From Acidimicrobiaceae bacterium (GTDB lineage: Bacteria; Actinomycetota; Acidimicrobiia; Acidimicrobiales; Ilumatobacteraceae), in contig JAHEDX010000010.1 in the NCBI GenBank assembly GCA_024641005.1, positions 9,212-73,211 on the forward strand: a stretch of DNA of 64,000 bases. The letters are read 5' to 3'. The translations under genes were made by a program, and so were the position numbers. Position 1 is the first letter of the stretch; each line of letters starts with the position of its first letter. Under the pieces are notes generated by a model, which was not told the DNA's origin, searched no databases, and worked only from the letters and a program-made list of their open reading frames with translations. Below are positions 49,971-59,974 of the stretch, one piece after another.

Positions 49971-50105
49971 CGCATGGCGAACATGTGTGCGAGTCGGTGC
50001 CACCGGTCGTTTTCGGAACAACCTATGGTGGACGTGCGCGGCGCCGGCGGATCGCCGGCCGGGCGACCTCGGGCCGGGCCACCGGCCCGGACCGGACGAA
50101 GGCCG

Positions 50106-51482
50106 TCAGGCACGCACGCGCGACACCGAGCGGACGAACTGCTGCACCTCGGCCAGGTCGTTCGGCAGCGAATGAGTGCGCTCGGGACGTTCGAACAGAT
50201 CGGCCAGGTGTGGCGGCAACCCCGGTCGGACTCCGGTGGCGCGTTCGACCGCGTCCGGGAACTTGGCAGGGTGGGCCGTCGACAAGGTGATCACCGGCTG
50301 GTCACCGGCCAGCTCACGGGCCGCCCCGATGCCGGTTGCCGTGTGAGGGTCGACCAGCAGACCGGTTTCGGCGTGCACCCGGCGAATCTCGGCGAGGGTC
50401 CGGTCGTCGTCGAACCTGGCGGCACGGAAGTTGCCATCGATGAATTCGGCACGCTGATCGGCCTCGAGTGTCAGACGACCGGTCGCCCGGAACCGCCCGA
50501 GCTGCTCGGCCGTGAGGCCGCCATCGCGCCCGTTCATCTCGAACAGCAGCCGTTCGAAGTTGGAGGACACCTGGATGTCCATGCTGGGGCTGAGCGTCGG
50601 GATGACATCGCGCGTCGACATGTCACCATCATTGATGAAGCGCGTGAGGATGTCGTTGGAGTTCGACGCGACGATGAAGTCGTGGATGGATGCGCCCATT
50701 CGCTGAGCGATCCAGCCCGACAACACATTGCCGAAATTGCCCGTCGGCACGCAGAACGTCGGCGATTCGGCCAACGTCCGCGACGCCGTGACGTAATAGA
50801 CGATCTGGGCCATCACCCGCGCCCAGTTGATCGAGTTGACGGCCGACAGCTGCAGTTCGTCACGGAAGGCTGCATCCCCGAACATCGCCTTGACGAGATC
50901 TTGGCAGTCGTCGAAGTTGCCGTCGACCGCCACGGTGTGGACATTGGGACTGTCGACAGTGGTCATCTGGCGGCGCTGCACGTCACTGGTGCGACCCGAC
51001 GGATAGAGGATCACGATGTCGATGTTCCCGCACTGCTTGACACCGTCGATCGCGGCCGAACCGGTATCGCCGCTCGTCGCTCCGACGATCGTGATCCGTT
51101 GGCCTCGCTGGTCGAGCACGCGGTCGAACATCCGACCGACGAGTTGCAGTGCGACGTCCTTGAACGCCAACGTGGGACCGTGGAACAGCTCGAGCAGCCA
51201 CTGCCGTTCGTCGATCTGCACGAGCGGGACGACTGCGGGATGCCGGAACGTGCCGTACGCCTCGCGACACAGATCGGCGAGTGCGCCATCGCCGAGATCG
51301 TCCCCCACGAAGGGTGACATCACGGCCGCAGCGATGTCCGCGTAGTCGTGGAGACCGGTGAGATCGGGCATGGCCGGCCAGGTGGCCGGCATGTACAGGC
51401 CTCCGTCGTTGGCCAGACCGGCCAACAACACGTCCGCGAACCCCAGATCGGGGGCGAGTCCACGCGACGATACGTACCGCAC
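50106..51482 (-). CDS. thrC: Threonine synthase (long, E. coli-like class)
   Basis: 458 aa with a PLP-lysine context (HGPTLAFKDVALQ). It lies 1 nt downstream of hom. Confidence 0.9.
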   Translation of the reverse strand: MRYVSSRGLAPDLGFADVLLAGLANDGGLYMPATWPAMPDLTGLHDYADIAAAVMSPFVGDDLGDGALADLCREAYGTFRHPAVVPLVQIDERQWLLELFHGPTLAFKDVALQLVGRMFDRVLDQRGQRITIVGATSGDTGSAAIDGVKQCGNIDIVILYPSGRTSDVQRRQMTTVDSPNVHTVAVDGNFDDCQDLVKAMFGDAAFRDELQLSAVNSINWARVMAQIVYYVTASRTLAESPTFCVPTGNFGNVLSGWIAQRMGASIHDFIVASNSNDILTRFINDGDMSTRDVIPTLSPSMDIQVSSNFERLLFEMNGRDGGLTAEQLGRFRATGRLTLEADQRAEFIDGNFRAARFDDDRTLAEIRRVHAETGLLVDPHTATGIGAARELAGDQPVITLSTAHPAKFPDAVERATGVRPGLPPHLADLFERPERTHSLPNDLAEVQQFVRSVSRVRA

Positions 51483-51483
51483 G

Positions 51484-52773
51484 TCAGGAGCCGATCACTC
51501 GGATGAAGCCCCCGATGTGCCGAACGACGTCGAGATCTCGAAGGGCCTTGACCGTTGCCTGCACATCTGCCTCGCGGGCGAGGTGGGTGATGAACACGAG
51601 CCGGGCGTCGGGGCCGATGCCCTCCTGCTCGGCTGCGCGAATGCTCACCCCATTGGCAGCGAATGCCCCCGTGACAGCATGCAGCACGCCCGGCTGGTCG
51701 GCGACCTCGAGACTCAGGAGGTACTCGGCGCTCGTCTCGTCGATGGGTCGGATGACCGCCTTCCCGAAGGTGCCGAGACTGCCGTGAGCGCCCTTGGACA
51801 GGTTGACCGCTGCGTCGATGACATCGCCCAGCACCGCCGACGCAGTTGGGGCGCCACCCGCACCGCGCCCGTAGAACATCAACTGGCCGACAGCGTCGCC
51901 CTCGACGAAGACTGCGTTGTAGCTCTCACGCACGCTGGCCAACGGATGATGCACCGGCACCATCGCCGGGTGTACCCGAACAGCGACGTCGCCCGATGCC
52001 TGGTCGCGCTCGGCGATGCCGAGCAACTTGACGACATACCCGAGCCGTTTGGCAACCGCGATGTCGGCGGCGGTGATACCGCTGATGCCCTCGTGGTACA
52101 CGTCACCGGCGACCACGCGCGCTCCGAAGGCGATCGACGCGATGATCGCCGCCTTCGCTCCCGCGTCGTACCCCTCGACATCGGCGGTCGGATCGCGCTC
52201 GGCATAGCCGAGCTCCTGCGCCTCGGCGAGCGCTTCGCCGTACTCGGCGCCCTCCTCGCTCATCTTGGTGAGGATGAAGTTGGTCGTACCGTTGAGGATG
52301 CCCATCACACGCGAGATCGGCTCGCCGCGCAGACTCTCGCGCAGGGGACGGATCAGTGGGATACCACCGGCGACCGCAGCTTCGAACAGCAGGTCGACCC
52401 CGTACGAGTCGGCAGCAGCGAACAGTTCGGAGCCGACATTCGCGAGCAGCTCCTTGTTGCCCGTCACGACGGGCTTGCCGGCGGCCAACGCCGCCATGAT
52501 GAGCTCGCGGGCAGGCTCGATACCACCGATCACCTCGACCACCAGATCGATCTCTGGGTCGGCGACGACCGAATGGGCGTCCCTGGTGAGCACACCTTCT
52601 TCGAACGTCAGCCCACGGTCGCGGGACATGTTGCGGACCGCCACCCGCACGACTTCGAGCCGCAGTCCGGTACGAGCCTCGATCATGTCTGCCTGCTGCG
52701 CGATCAGCGGGACGAGGGCACCACCCACGTTTCCGCAGCCGAGCAGGCCGACTCGTATGGTTCGCGAATTCAT
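51484..52773 (-). CDS. hom: Homoserine dehydrogenase
   Basis: NAD motif VGLLGCGNVGG and a C-terminal ACT-like domain. ATG 52773. The ORF-track extension to 53304 was rejected. Confidence 0.9.
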   Translation of the reverse strand: MNSRTIRVGLLGCGNVGGALVPLIAQQADMIEARTGLRLEVVRVAVRNMSRDRGLTFEEGVLTRDAHSVVADPEIDLVVEVIGGIEPARELIMAALAAGKPVVTGNKELLANVGSELFAAADSYGVDLLFEAAVAGGIPLIRPLRESLRGEPISRVMGILNGTTNFILTKMSEEGAEYGEALAEAQELGYAERDPTADVEGYDAGAKAAIIASIAFGARVVAGDVYHEGISGITAADIAVAKRLGYVVKLLGIAERDQASGDVAVRVHPAMVPVHHPLASVRESYNAVFVEGDAVGQLMFYGRGAGGAPTASAVLGDVIDAAVNLSKGAHGSLGTFGKAVIRPIDETSAEYLLSLEVADQPGVLHAVTGAFAANGVSIRAAEQEGIGPDARLVFITHLAREADVQATVKALRDLDVVRHIGGFIRVIGS

Positions 52774-53008
52774 GTCGTTGGCCACGGCCCGCAGGCTAGG
52801 TGATGCAGGCGCCATTGCCCACGTGGATTGCGGGCCCGACGGGCCACGATCCGCTCCCCCGGTCGGCGGAGCACGGCGGCCACCGGACATCATTCGCGGT
52901 GGACGCGACACGGTGCGGGGATCACAACCGGCAGCGAGCGCGGTCGCGCGGCGCGGTCGGCTGCGTTCCGCTTCCTGCCCGACGACACCGGCGTGCTTGG
53001 CTGACAGT

Positions 53009-53794
53009 ATGCGCAAGCCCCGACTGACCACCCTCCGCGTGCTGCACCGTGCCGACGAGCCGGTGGCGACCTTGCTGCTGAACCGGCCTGAACGCCTCAA
53101 TGCCCTGTCGCTCGACATGCTCCGCGAGATCCCGATCGCATGCCGATGGATGAACGAGACGGTGGCGATCAAGGCTGTCGTCGTGCGCGGGGCAGGTCGA
53201 GCCTTCTCGGCCGGCTTCGACCTGAACGACTTCACCACCATGGACGACCTGTCGTCGCCATCCACGTCCGCCGATCTGGGACGCCTCGCCACAGAGGCCC
53301 TCACCGATACCCGGCCGGTGACGGTGGGGGCGGTACACGGTCACTGTGTGGGCGGCGGGCTGCTGCTCGCCGCGGCCTGCGATCTACGAATCGCCTCGGA
53401 CGACGTGCGGTTCTCGATCCCCGAGGTCGACCTCGGAATCCCCTTGGCGTGGGGAGGAATTCCCAGGCTCGTCCGCGAGCTCGGACCCGCTGTCACCAAG
53501 GAACTGGTGTTGACGTGCCGTCCGTTCGGCGCCGACGAAGCACTCGGCCTGCGATTCCTCAATCGGGTCGTACCCGCTGCCGATCTGGTTGCGTCGGCTG
53601 ACGCGCTCGCCGCGGAACTGGCATCGAAACCCCGCTTCTCGCTGCGGGCCACGAAGACCCAGGTGAACGCGATCATGAACGAGATCGCGGGTATCGAACG
53701 CAACGCGAACGACGCCGACACGCTCGCTGCGGCACTGCGCGATCCCGAATCCCGCGAGGCTGCCCGCGCCTACCTCGCCGAACGCACCACGTGA
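53009..53794 (+). CDS. Enoyl-CoA hydratase/isomerase family protein
   Basis: LLLNRPERLNAL, FSAGFDL and HGHCVGGGLLLA are crotonase motifs. ATG 53009. Confidence 0.8.
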   Translation: MRKPRLTTLRVLHRADEPVATLLLNRPERLNALSLDMLREIPIACRWMNETVAIKAVVVRGAGRAFSAGFDLNDFTTMDDLSSPSTSADLGRLATEALTDTRPVTVGAVHGHCVGGGLLLAAACDLRIASDDVRFSIPEVDLGIPLAWGGIPRLVRELGPAVTKELVLTCRPFGADEALGLRFLNRVVPAADLVASADALAAELASKPRFSLRATKTQVNAIMNEIAGIERNANDADTLAAALRDPESREAARAYLAERTT

Positions 53795-53922
53795 GCCGAG
53801 CCGTTCGCGGCCTACGAGATGGACGAACCACCTGGATCAACGGTGATGACTGACGCGGGCCCGTACGGGCTCGACGGGGTGGTCGGCTCCGATGTCGTGA
53901 CCGGTGCGGGTTATGACGCGAG

Positions 53923-55200
53923 TCAGCCCACGTCGGTCGCGAGTAGATCGTCGAACGTCTCTCGGCGGATCACGAGCCGCGCATCGCCGTCGCGGGCGAA
54001 CACGACCGGCGGTCGGGTGATCGCGTTGTAGTTCGAACCCATCGAGCGACCGTACGCACCGGTCACCGGCGTCGCCAACACATCCCCCACTCTCGCGTCG
54101 CCGGGCAGCTTGGCGTCGAACAACAGCACGTCACCACTCTCACAGTGCTTGCCCACGAGACGGCCGTGCTGCGTGCGATCGGCGAACGGAGCGCGCGGCA
54201 GGAACGATTCGTAGCCCGACCCGTACAGGACCGGACGCGGGTTGTCGCTCATGCCGCCATCGACCGAGAAGTAGGTGCGAACCCCGGGGATCTGCTTGAT
54301 CGTGCCGAGCGTGTAGACCGTCAGCGCGGCCGACGCCACGATCGAGCGGCCCGGCTCGACACTGACCCTGGCGGTGACGCCGAGCGACTCACATGCATCC
54401 CTGAGCACATGGCCCCATTGCGTGAGCGTCGGTGCCTCCTCGGTCTCGACGTAGGCGACCCCGAGCCCACCACCGAGTACGAGTTCGGGAAGTCCGAGCG
54501 GCCGAGCGAAGCCCGCCATCACCTCGACCGCCTTGCCGAAGCTGGCCGCGGCAAACACGTTCGAGCCGATGTGACAGTGCAGTCCGACCAGGTTGACGCT
54601 GGGGGAAGCCTGTGCGCGCTCGACCGCCCGCATCGCGTCGCCATTGCCCAGATTGAACCCGAACTTGGAATCGTCCTGACCGGTGGCGATGAACTCATGA
54701 GTATGAGCGTGCACACCTGGTGTGATGCGCAGCAGGATGTCGGGCGTCGGACCGACGCCGATCTCGTGGAGCGCATCGAGACGATCGAGCTCGTCGAACG
54801 AGTCGACGACGATGTGACGCACCCGTTCGGTGATCGCCGTGGTCAGTTCGGCGACGCTCTTGTTGTTGCCGTGCAGCACGCACGAGGCGGCGGGCACACC
54901 GGCGGCCAGCACCGTATGCAGTTCACCGCCTGTAGCGACATCGAGGCGCATCTCCTCCTCGTAGGCGATCCGAGCCATCGCCTTGCACAGGAAGGCCTTG
55001 GAGGCGTACACGGCCTGCTGTGGTCCGAACGCGGCGACAGCCTCACGACATCGGTTGCGGATGTGTTGCTCGTCATAGACGAACAGCGGCGTCCCGAACT
55101 CGGCTGCGAGATCGCGGATCGAGCACCCGCCGATCGTGAGCCAACCGTCGCTGCCGACATCGGCCGTGTCGGGCAGCAGTCGCCGGGGCAGTGCGGTCAC
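53923..55200 (-). CDS. lysA: Diaminopimelate decarboxylase
   Basis: PLP-lysine context (VYASKAF), GGGLGVAY and HCESGD. The GTG start overlaps the argS stop (GTGA). Confidence 0.9.
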   Translation of the reverse strand: MTALPRRLLPDTADVGSDGWLTIGGCSIRDLAAEFGTPLFVYDEQHIRNRCREAVAAFGPQQAVYASKAFLCKAMARIAYEEEMRLDVATGGELHTVLAAGVPAASCVLHGNNKSVAELTTAITERVRHIVVDSFDELDRLDALHEIGVGPTPDILLRITPGVHAHTHEFIATGQDDSKFGFNLGNGDAMRAVERAQASPSVNLVGLHCHIGSNVFAAASFGKAVEVMAGFARPLGLPELVLGGGLGVAYVETEEAPTLTQWGHVLRDACESLGVTARVSVEPGRSIVASAALTVYTLGTIKQIPGVRTYFSVDGGMSDNPRPVLYGSGYESFLPRAPFADRTQHGRLVGKHCESGDVLLFDAKLPGDARVGDVLATPVTGAYGRSMGSNYNAITRPPVVFARDGDARLVIRRETFDDLLATDVG

Positions 55201-56936
55201 ATCGCCTCCGGTGCATCGATGCCGAGCAATCCGAGACCCTGCTCGAGTGTGCGGGCGGTGACGTCACACAGCGCCAGTCTGCTGGACCTCACCGGCTCGT
55301 CGGCCTGCATCACTTGGCAGTGCTCGTAGAACGTCGAGAAGTCCTGGGCGAGCTCGAACAGATAGGTGCACAGTTTGTGAGGTGCGTACGCGGCGAGCGT
55401 CTCGGCGACGACGGTGGGGTAGGCGAGCAACCGCTTGGCGAGCTCACGCTCTTGGGGCTGACCGAGCACGATGGCAAGACCGTGGAGGTCGATCCGATCG
55501 GCCCCGGCTCGACGGAAGATCGAGCAGATTCGCGCATGGGCGTATTGCAGGTAAGGCGCCGTGTTCCCCTCGAACGCCAGCATGCGATCCCAGTCGAACA
55601 CGTAGTCCTTGATGCGATCGTTCGACAGGTCGGCGTACTTCACTGCACCGATCCCGATCGTCCGCGCCACCTCGGCCCTGGTGTCGGCATCGAGCTCGGG
55701 GTTCTTCTCGGCCACCGCTGCCGCCGCGCGCTCGACCGCCTCGTCGAGCAGGTCACTGAGCTTCACGGAGTCACCGGAGCGACTGCGGAGCATCTTGCGG
55801 TCGTCGCCGAGCACGCTGCCGAATGCGATGTGGACCGCTTCGGCCGGCGGGCGCAGCCAGCCGGCCATCTCGGCGACCGTGAACACCATTTGGAGATGCT
55901 GCGCCTGGGGGGCGCCGATGACGTAGAGCAACAAGTCGGCATGCAGCCGTTCGATCCGGTCGAGCACGCACGCCAGATCACTGGTCGCGTACATGAACGC
56001 GCCTGCGCTCGAACGCACGATCAATGGCAACGGTTCGTTGTCGCGATTTGTGAATCCCGGCGCGAACACCACCTGAGCGCCGTCGTTCTCCTCGAGCAGC
56101 CCTGCCTTGCCGAGGCGTTCGTATGCACCTTCCATCAACGGCTGGTACCCGCTCTCACCAGCCAGGTCGTCATCGGTGAGCAGCACACCGAGCCGCGAGT
56201 ACACACCCTGGAAGTAGGTGTTCGACATGTCGACGAGACGCTGCCAGATCTCGATGGTCTCGGGGTCACGGGCCTGGAGTAGCACGACGCGGTCGCGGGC
56301 ACGCTCTTGGAACTCGGTCGACTCGTTGAACTTGGCGTTCGCCGCCTTGTAGAAGCCGTCGAGATCGCCCTGCCCGAGGCCCTCGGCCGCGACGTCTTCG
56401 CCGAGGTCGAGCAGATGCTCGATCAGCATCCCGAACGGCCGGCCCCAGTCACCGATGTGGTTCTCGCGGATCACTCGGTGCCCGGCGAACTCGTGCAACC
56501 GCACCAACGCGTCGCCGATCACCGTCGAGCGAAGATGACCGACGTGCATCTCCTTCGCGACATTCGGGGCCGAGTAGTCGACGACGACCGTGCGGGGCGT
56601 CGATGCCGGGGGGCATCCGAGCCGATCATCCAGCGCGACCGATTGGAGTTGGGCTGCGAGGAACGTGTCGGTGAACGTGAGGTTGATGAACCCTGGGCCG
56701 GCGATCTCGACCTCGCTGCACACGTCGGCGAGCACACCGGAGTCGACGACGCGCTGCGCGACCTCACGCGGGTTCGTGCCCATCTGCTTCGCGAGCGGCA
56801 GCGCGCCGTTGACCTGGGCGTCGGCGCGGTCGCTGGGCCGAACCACCGGATCGGCGTCGGGGCGCCCGGCGATGTCAGCGAACACCGGGGCGAGCAGGTC
56901 GGAGACGATCGACAAGGGGTTGGCCACGTCCGCCAT
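55197..56936 (-). CDS. argS: Arginine--tRNA ligase
   Basis: 579 aa class I synthetase. HIGH-type HVGHLRS and an MSK-like KMLRSRSG. The C-terminal DALR-type anticodon-binding region ends in ...DAPEAM. Confidence 0.95.
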   Translation of the reverse strand: MADVANPLSIVSDLLAPVFADIAGRPDADPVVRPSDRADAQVNGALPLAKQMGTNPREVAQRVVDSGVLADVCSEVEIAGPGFINLTFTDTFLAAQLQSVALDDRLGCPPASTPRTVVVDYSAPNVAKEMHVGHLRSTVIGDALVRLHEFAGHRVIRENHIGDWGRPFGMLIEHLLDLGEDVAAEGLGQGDLDGFYKAANAKFNESTEFQERARDRVVLLQARDPETIEIWQRLVDMSNTYFQGVYSRLGVLLTDDDLAGESGYQPLMEGAYERLGKAGLLEENDGAQVVFAPGFTNRDNEPLPLIVRSSAGAFMYATSDLACVLDRIERLHADLLLYVIGAPQAQHLQMVFTVAEMAGWLRPPAEAVHIAFGSVLGDDRKMLRSRSGDSVKLSDLLDEAVERAAAAVAEKNPELDADTRAEVARTIGIGAVKYADLSNDRIKDYVFDWDRMLAFEGNTAPYLQYAHARICSIFRRAGADRIDLHGLAIVLGQPQERELAKRLLAYPTVVAETLAAYAPHKLCTYLFELAQDFSTFYEHCQVMQADEPVRSSRLALCDVTARTLEQGLGLLGIDAPEAM

Positions 56937-57066
56937 TGTGGCCCGATCGGCGCCCGATCACCACGAACGTTGCACGTCCTTGTTGTCGAACGCCACCGAC
57001 CCGGTGTGAGCGTTCGGGTCGCCCGCTAGATTCGCCATGCCGCTCTGATCACTTCGAGCAGCCCCC

Positions 57067-57138
57067 GCCCTCGTAGCTCAGGGGATAGAGCATTGGCCTC
57101 CGAAGCCATGTGCGCAGGTTCGAATCCTGCCGAGGGCG
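57067..57138 (+). tRNA. tRNA-Arg (anticodon CCG)
   Basis: Hand-folded cloverleaf. Acceptor GCCCTCG/CGAGGGC, D-arm GCTC-AGGGGATA-GAGC, anticodon loop CT-CCG-AA, 4-nt variable loop, and T-arm GCAGG-TTCGAAT-CCTGC. Discriminator G. CCA is not encoded. Confidence 0.9.
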
Positions 57139-57249
57139 CTGCGCCGGCCGGGTCCAGCGGCTCGTGGCCGGCACCGATCTGCTGCGCGTGTCACGAGGCG
57201 ATGACCTTGTGCCCTTGCAGCGCCTGCGCCCGTTGCGGAGAGTCGAATC

Positions 57250-58320
57250 GTGAAGCGCATCACTGCGTCGATCGCCGTATTGGTGGCCCTGGTCGGGGCG
57301 TCGTGCAGCCCCGATGGCACCGCCGTGCCGACCACACCGGCGCCGCCGAGCACCGGGACGACCACCGGCCCGACCACGACCGCGACCTCGATCGTCACCG
57401 CCGGAACGACCACCACAACCACCGGTCCGCCGCACCCTGACGGCACGTCGGTCGCGCCGGGAACAACGGCCCCTGAACTCTGCGACACTTCACAGGCGGA
57501 GACGATCGTCGATTCGGTCGCCACGCTGGCCAGGCTCGATGCCGGCGGAACCTGGCAACCGGGCGCCGAGTCCGAGGTGTTCGGCGACCGGACCAACACC
57601 GCAGCGGAGTACGGCTCACGCCTCGCGTACACCTGCGCCGAGCAGATGGTGCAACACACGGCGACCGGGGCCGAACGGCTGGCGCTCGTCGCCTGGAACG
57701 ACGTGCGTCACGCGGTCGTGTTACAGGCCACCGACAGGCCCTCCGACGCGTACGACACGAAGATCCGCTTCCAGCTGTTTCTCGAACAACCCGACGGTGA
57801 ATGGCTCGAGGACGGATTCGTCTGGGCGGCGACCCTCGCCGACGGCGACACGATCGTGATCGCGACCCGCGACTACAGCACCGGCATCACGGCCAAATCG
57901 TGGCAATCGTTCGTGCCGCGTTTCGAGGACCTACCGGTCACCCTCGAATCCGAGCGGTTCGGTATCGAAGCGCTCACCGCGGTCGGGGCGCGCAACGTGT
58001 CGGTCGCCGAGCCGGCGCCGTACGACTCTTCGATCGGGACGATCCAGTTCAACACCCCGATCGCACTCAGCGCGTTCGCGGTCATCGGCCCCGCCGACGC
58101 ATACGACCCGATGGTCCCGATCGTGGCCGACGGCGTCACGACATTCGAGCAGGTCGACGGAGTTCGGGTCCGGTCGACCGTCGGTATGGAGCTGGTCTCC
58201 GAGCTCCACGAGACCGGGTGGGTCTGCGCAGACCACGCATGGCGCTTGTACACCATGTTCGGAACGGTCGAGGAGTTGCAGGCGTACGCCCGCGACTTGG
58301 TTCGGTCGCTCAGCTGCTGA
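57250..58320 (+). CDS. Putative secreted lipoprotein with Thr/Pro-rich linker, unknown function
   Basis: Signal peptide MKRITASIAVLVALVGAS-C with a lipobox-like VGASC. A T/P/G-rich linker precedes a globular domain of about 270 aa with no family recognised. Confidence 0.6.
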   Translation: MKRITASIAVLVALVGASCSPDGTAVPTTPAPPSTGTTTGPTTTATSIVTAGTTTTTTGPPHPDGTSVAPGTTAPELCDTSQAETIVDSVATLARLDAGGTWQPGAESEVFGDRTNTAAEYGSRLAYTCAEQMVQHTATGAERLALVAWNDVRHAVVLQATDRPSDAYDTKIRFQLFLEQPDGEWLEDGFVWAATLADGDTIVIATRDYSTGITAKSWQSFVPRFEDLPVTLESERFGIEALTAVGARNVSVAEPAPYDSSIGTIQFNTPIALSAFAVIGPADAYDPMVPIVADGVTTFEQVDGVRVRSTVGMELVSELHETGWVCADHAWRLYTMFGTVEELQAYARDLVRSLSC

Positions 58321-58441
58321 GCGACCGACTCCGCCTCTTCGCCGTCGGCGGTGCGCAGGTACCGTGTCGCTGACGCGACGCTTCGGCGACTCGACGCGAC
58401 TCTGGAGGGCCCATGACCGACACCACGACCGCCCACTGCTG

Positions 58442-58861
58442 ATGGCCGACCGCAAGAACGTGAACGACCTCGTCATCGAGGCCAAGGCCCGGATCGAGGA
58501 ACTCTCCGTCGAGCAACTCCAGGCAGAGATCGCGGCCGGTGACGTGACGGTCGTCGACATCCGCGACGTGCGTGAACGGTGGAACCTCGGAGCGATCCCC
58601 GGCGCCAAGTCGATGCCCCGCGGCATGCTCGAGTTCTGGTTCGATCCCGAATCGATCTATTACCGAAAAGGTCTCGACTTCTCGACCCGTTACGTGCTGC
58701 ACTGCGCCGGGGGCCATCGCTCGGCGTTGGCTGCCGACGCGCTGCAACAACTCGGCTACACCAACGTCGCCCATCTCACCGTCGGCTACAACGGCTGGAA
58801 GGAAGCGGGCGGAGCGACCGAAGAGGTGTACCCGGACCCCAAGTACTTCAAGGAACAGTGA
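58442..58861 (+). CDS. Rhodanese-domain sulfurtransferase
   Basis: Active-site loop CAGGHRS in a single rhodanese domain. ATG 58442 was chosen, giving 139 aa. Confidence 0.8.
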   Translation: MADRKNVNDLVIEAKARIEELSVEQLQAEIAAGDVTVVDIRDVRERWNLGAIPGAKSMPRGMLEFWFDPESIYYRKGLDFSTRYVLHCAGGHRSALAADALQQLGYTNVAHLTVGYNGWKEAGGATEEVYPDPKYFKEQ

Positions 58862-58862
58862 G

Positions 58863-59846
58863 ATGAACGAACCGATCCCCAGCTTCACCGGATTCACGGC
58901 CGTCGTCACCGGTGGCGGCACCGGGATGGGTCGCGAACTCACCCGGCAGCTCGCAGCCCAAGGTTGCCATGTCGCGATCTGCGACATGTCCCAGGAGGCG
59001 ATGGACGAGACGGTCCAGCTCGCCCGAGCTGGCGCGCCGGAGGGCACCCGACTCACCTCCTTCGTGACGGACGTCGCCGATCCCGCCGCGATGGCAGCGT
59101 TCGCGGAGCACGTCGCGACCGAGTTCGGCACGGCCTCGATCAATCTGCTGTTCAACAATGCAGGCATCGGCGGAGGGGGCAGCCTCGTCGTCGGCGACCA
59201 GACCGAGTGGGACCGGGTCTTCGGCGTCTGTTGGGGTGGAGTGCTCAACGGCACGCGTTCGTTCCTACCCATGCTGCAAGCCTCCGAACGGGGCCACGTG
59301 GTCAACACCAGCAGCGTCAACGGCCTGTGGGCCTGTCTCGGACCGACCGGCGCACACACCGCCTACAGCGCCGCCAAGTTCGCGGTACGCGGGTTCACCG
59401 AGGCGCTGATGATCGATTTCCGCGTCAACGCCCCGCACCTGTCGGCATCGGTCGTGATGCCCGGGCACATCGGCACGCTGATCGCCCGCAATTCGATGCT
59501 CGAGTTCGGGCGCAACCCCAAGGACCTCTCCGACGAACAGGTGCTCGAGATCCGGAATCTGCTCCAGCGACGGGGTGTCGACACGTCGGGTGCATCCGAC
59601 GAGGACATCCGCAACCTCATGGCCTTGCGGGTCGACATGTTCGAGAACAACGCACCGACGACCGCCGAACAGGCGGCACGGATCATCCTCGACGGTGTAC
59701 GCGCCGGCGATTGGCGAATCCTGATCGGACCCGACGCCGAAGCGCTCGACACGATGCTGCGCGAGCGGCCGCACGACGCATACACCGAGGCGTTCATGGC
59801 AGAGCTCGCTGCCGACGGCCATTTCGCCGGTCTGATCCAGAGCTGA
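58863..59846 (+). CDS. Short-chain dehydrogenase/reductase (SDR)
   Basis: TGGGTGMG cofactor motif and catalytic YSAAK. ATG lies 1 nt after the rhodanese stop, with AAGGAA upstream. Confidence 0.85.
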   Translation: MNEPIPSFTGFTAVVTGGGTGMGRELTRQLAAQGCHVAICDMSQEAMDETVQLARAGAPEGTRLTSFVTDVADPAAMAAFAEHVATEFGTASINLLFNNAGIGGGGSLVVGDQTEWDRVFGVCWGGVLNGTRSFLPMLQASERGHVVNTSSVNGLWACLGPTGAHTAYSAAKFAVRGFTEALMIDFRVNAPHLSASVVMPGHIGTLIARNSMLEFGRNPKDLSDEQVLEIRNLLQRRGVDTSGASDEDIRNLMALRVDMFENNAPTTAEQAARIILDGVRAGDWRILIGPDAEALDTMLRERPHDAYTEAFMAELAADGHFAGLIQS

Positions 59847-59974
59847 CGTCGGCTCCCGACGATCGGTCTCGATTCGACGGAGGGTCGATCGGTCTGCACC
59901 CGGTGGCCGTCAATCGACTTTGTGTCGATTCAGCACTGCCGGTCCTGCTCGCCGTGGACCGACGCAGTCAGTCG

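Noticed and set aside
49643-50105. Possible thrB pseudogene remnant between thrC and rho
   Set aside because: No reading frame in this gap shows a GHMP-kinase motif (PxGSGLGSSAA-like) or any extended coding bias. thrB is probably encoded elsewhere.
51484-53304. Long 5' extensions of real genes in the ORF track (hom to 53304, deoC to 61994, crotonase to 24828, hsp20 from 41159, SDR from 58572, second crotonase from 52265)
   Set aside because: The extensions are Arg/Pro/Ser-rich and overlap neighbouring genes. Internal ATG or GTG starts with Shine-Dalgarno sites or stop-start coupling give proteins of family-typical length.
57049-57659. Two minus-strand ORFs (128 and 193 aa) overlapping the tRNA-Arg gene and the lipoprotein 5' end
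   Set aside because: They overlap a cleanly folding tRNA and run antisense to a signal-peptide-bearing gene. Their products are Arg/Gly-rich.
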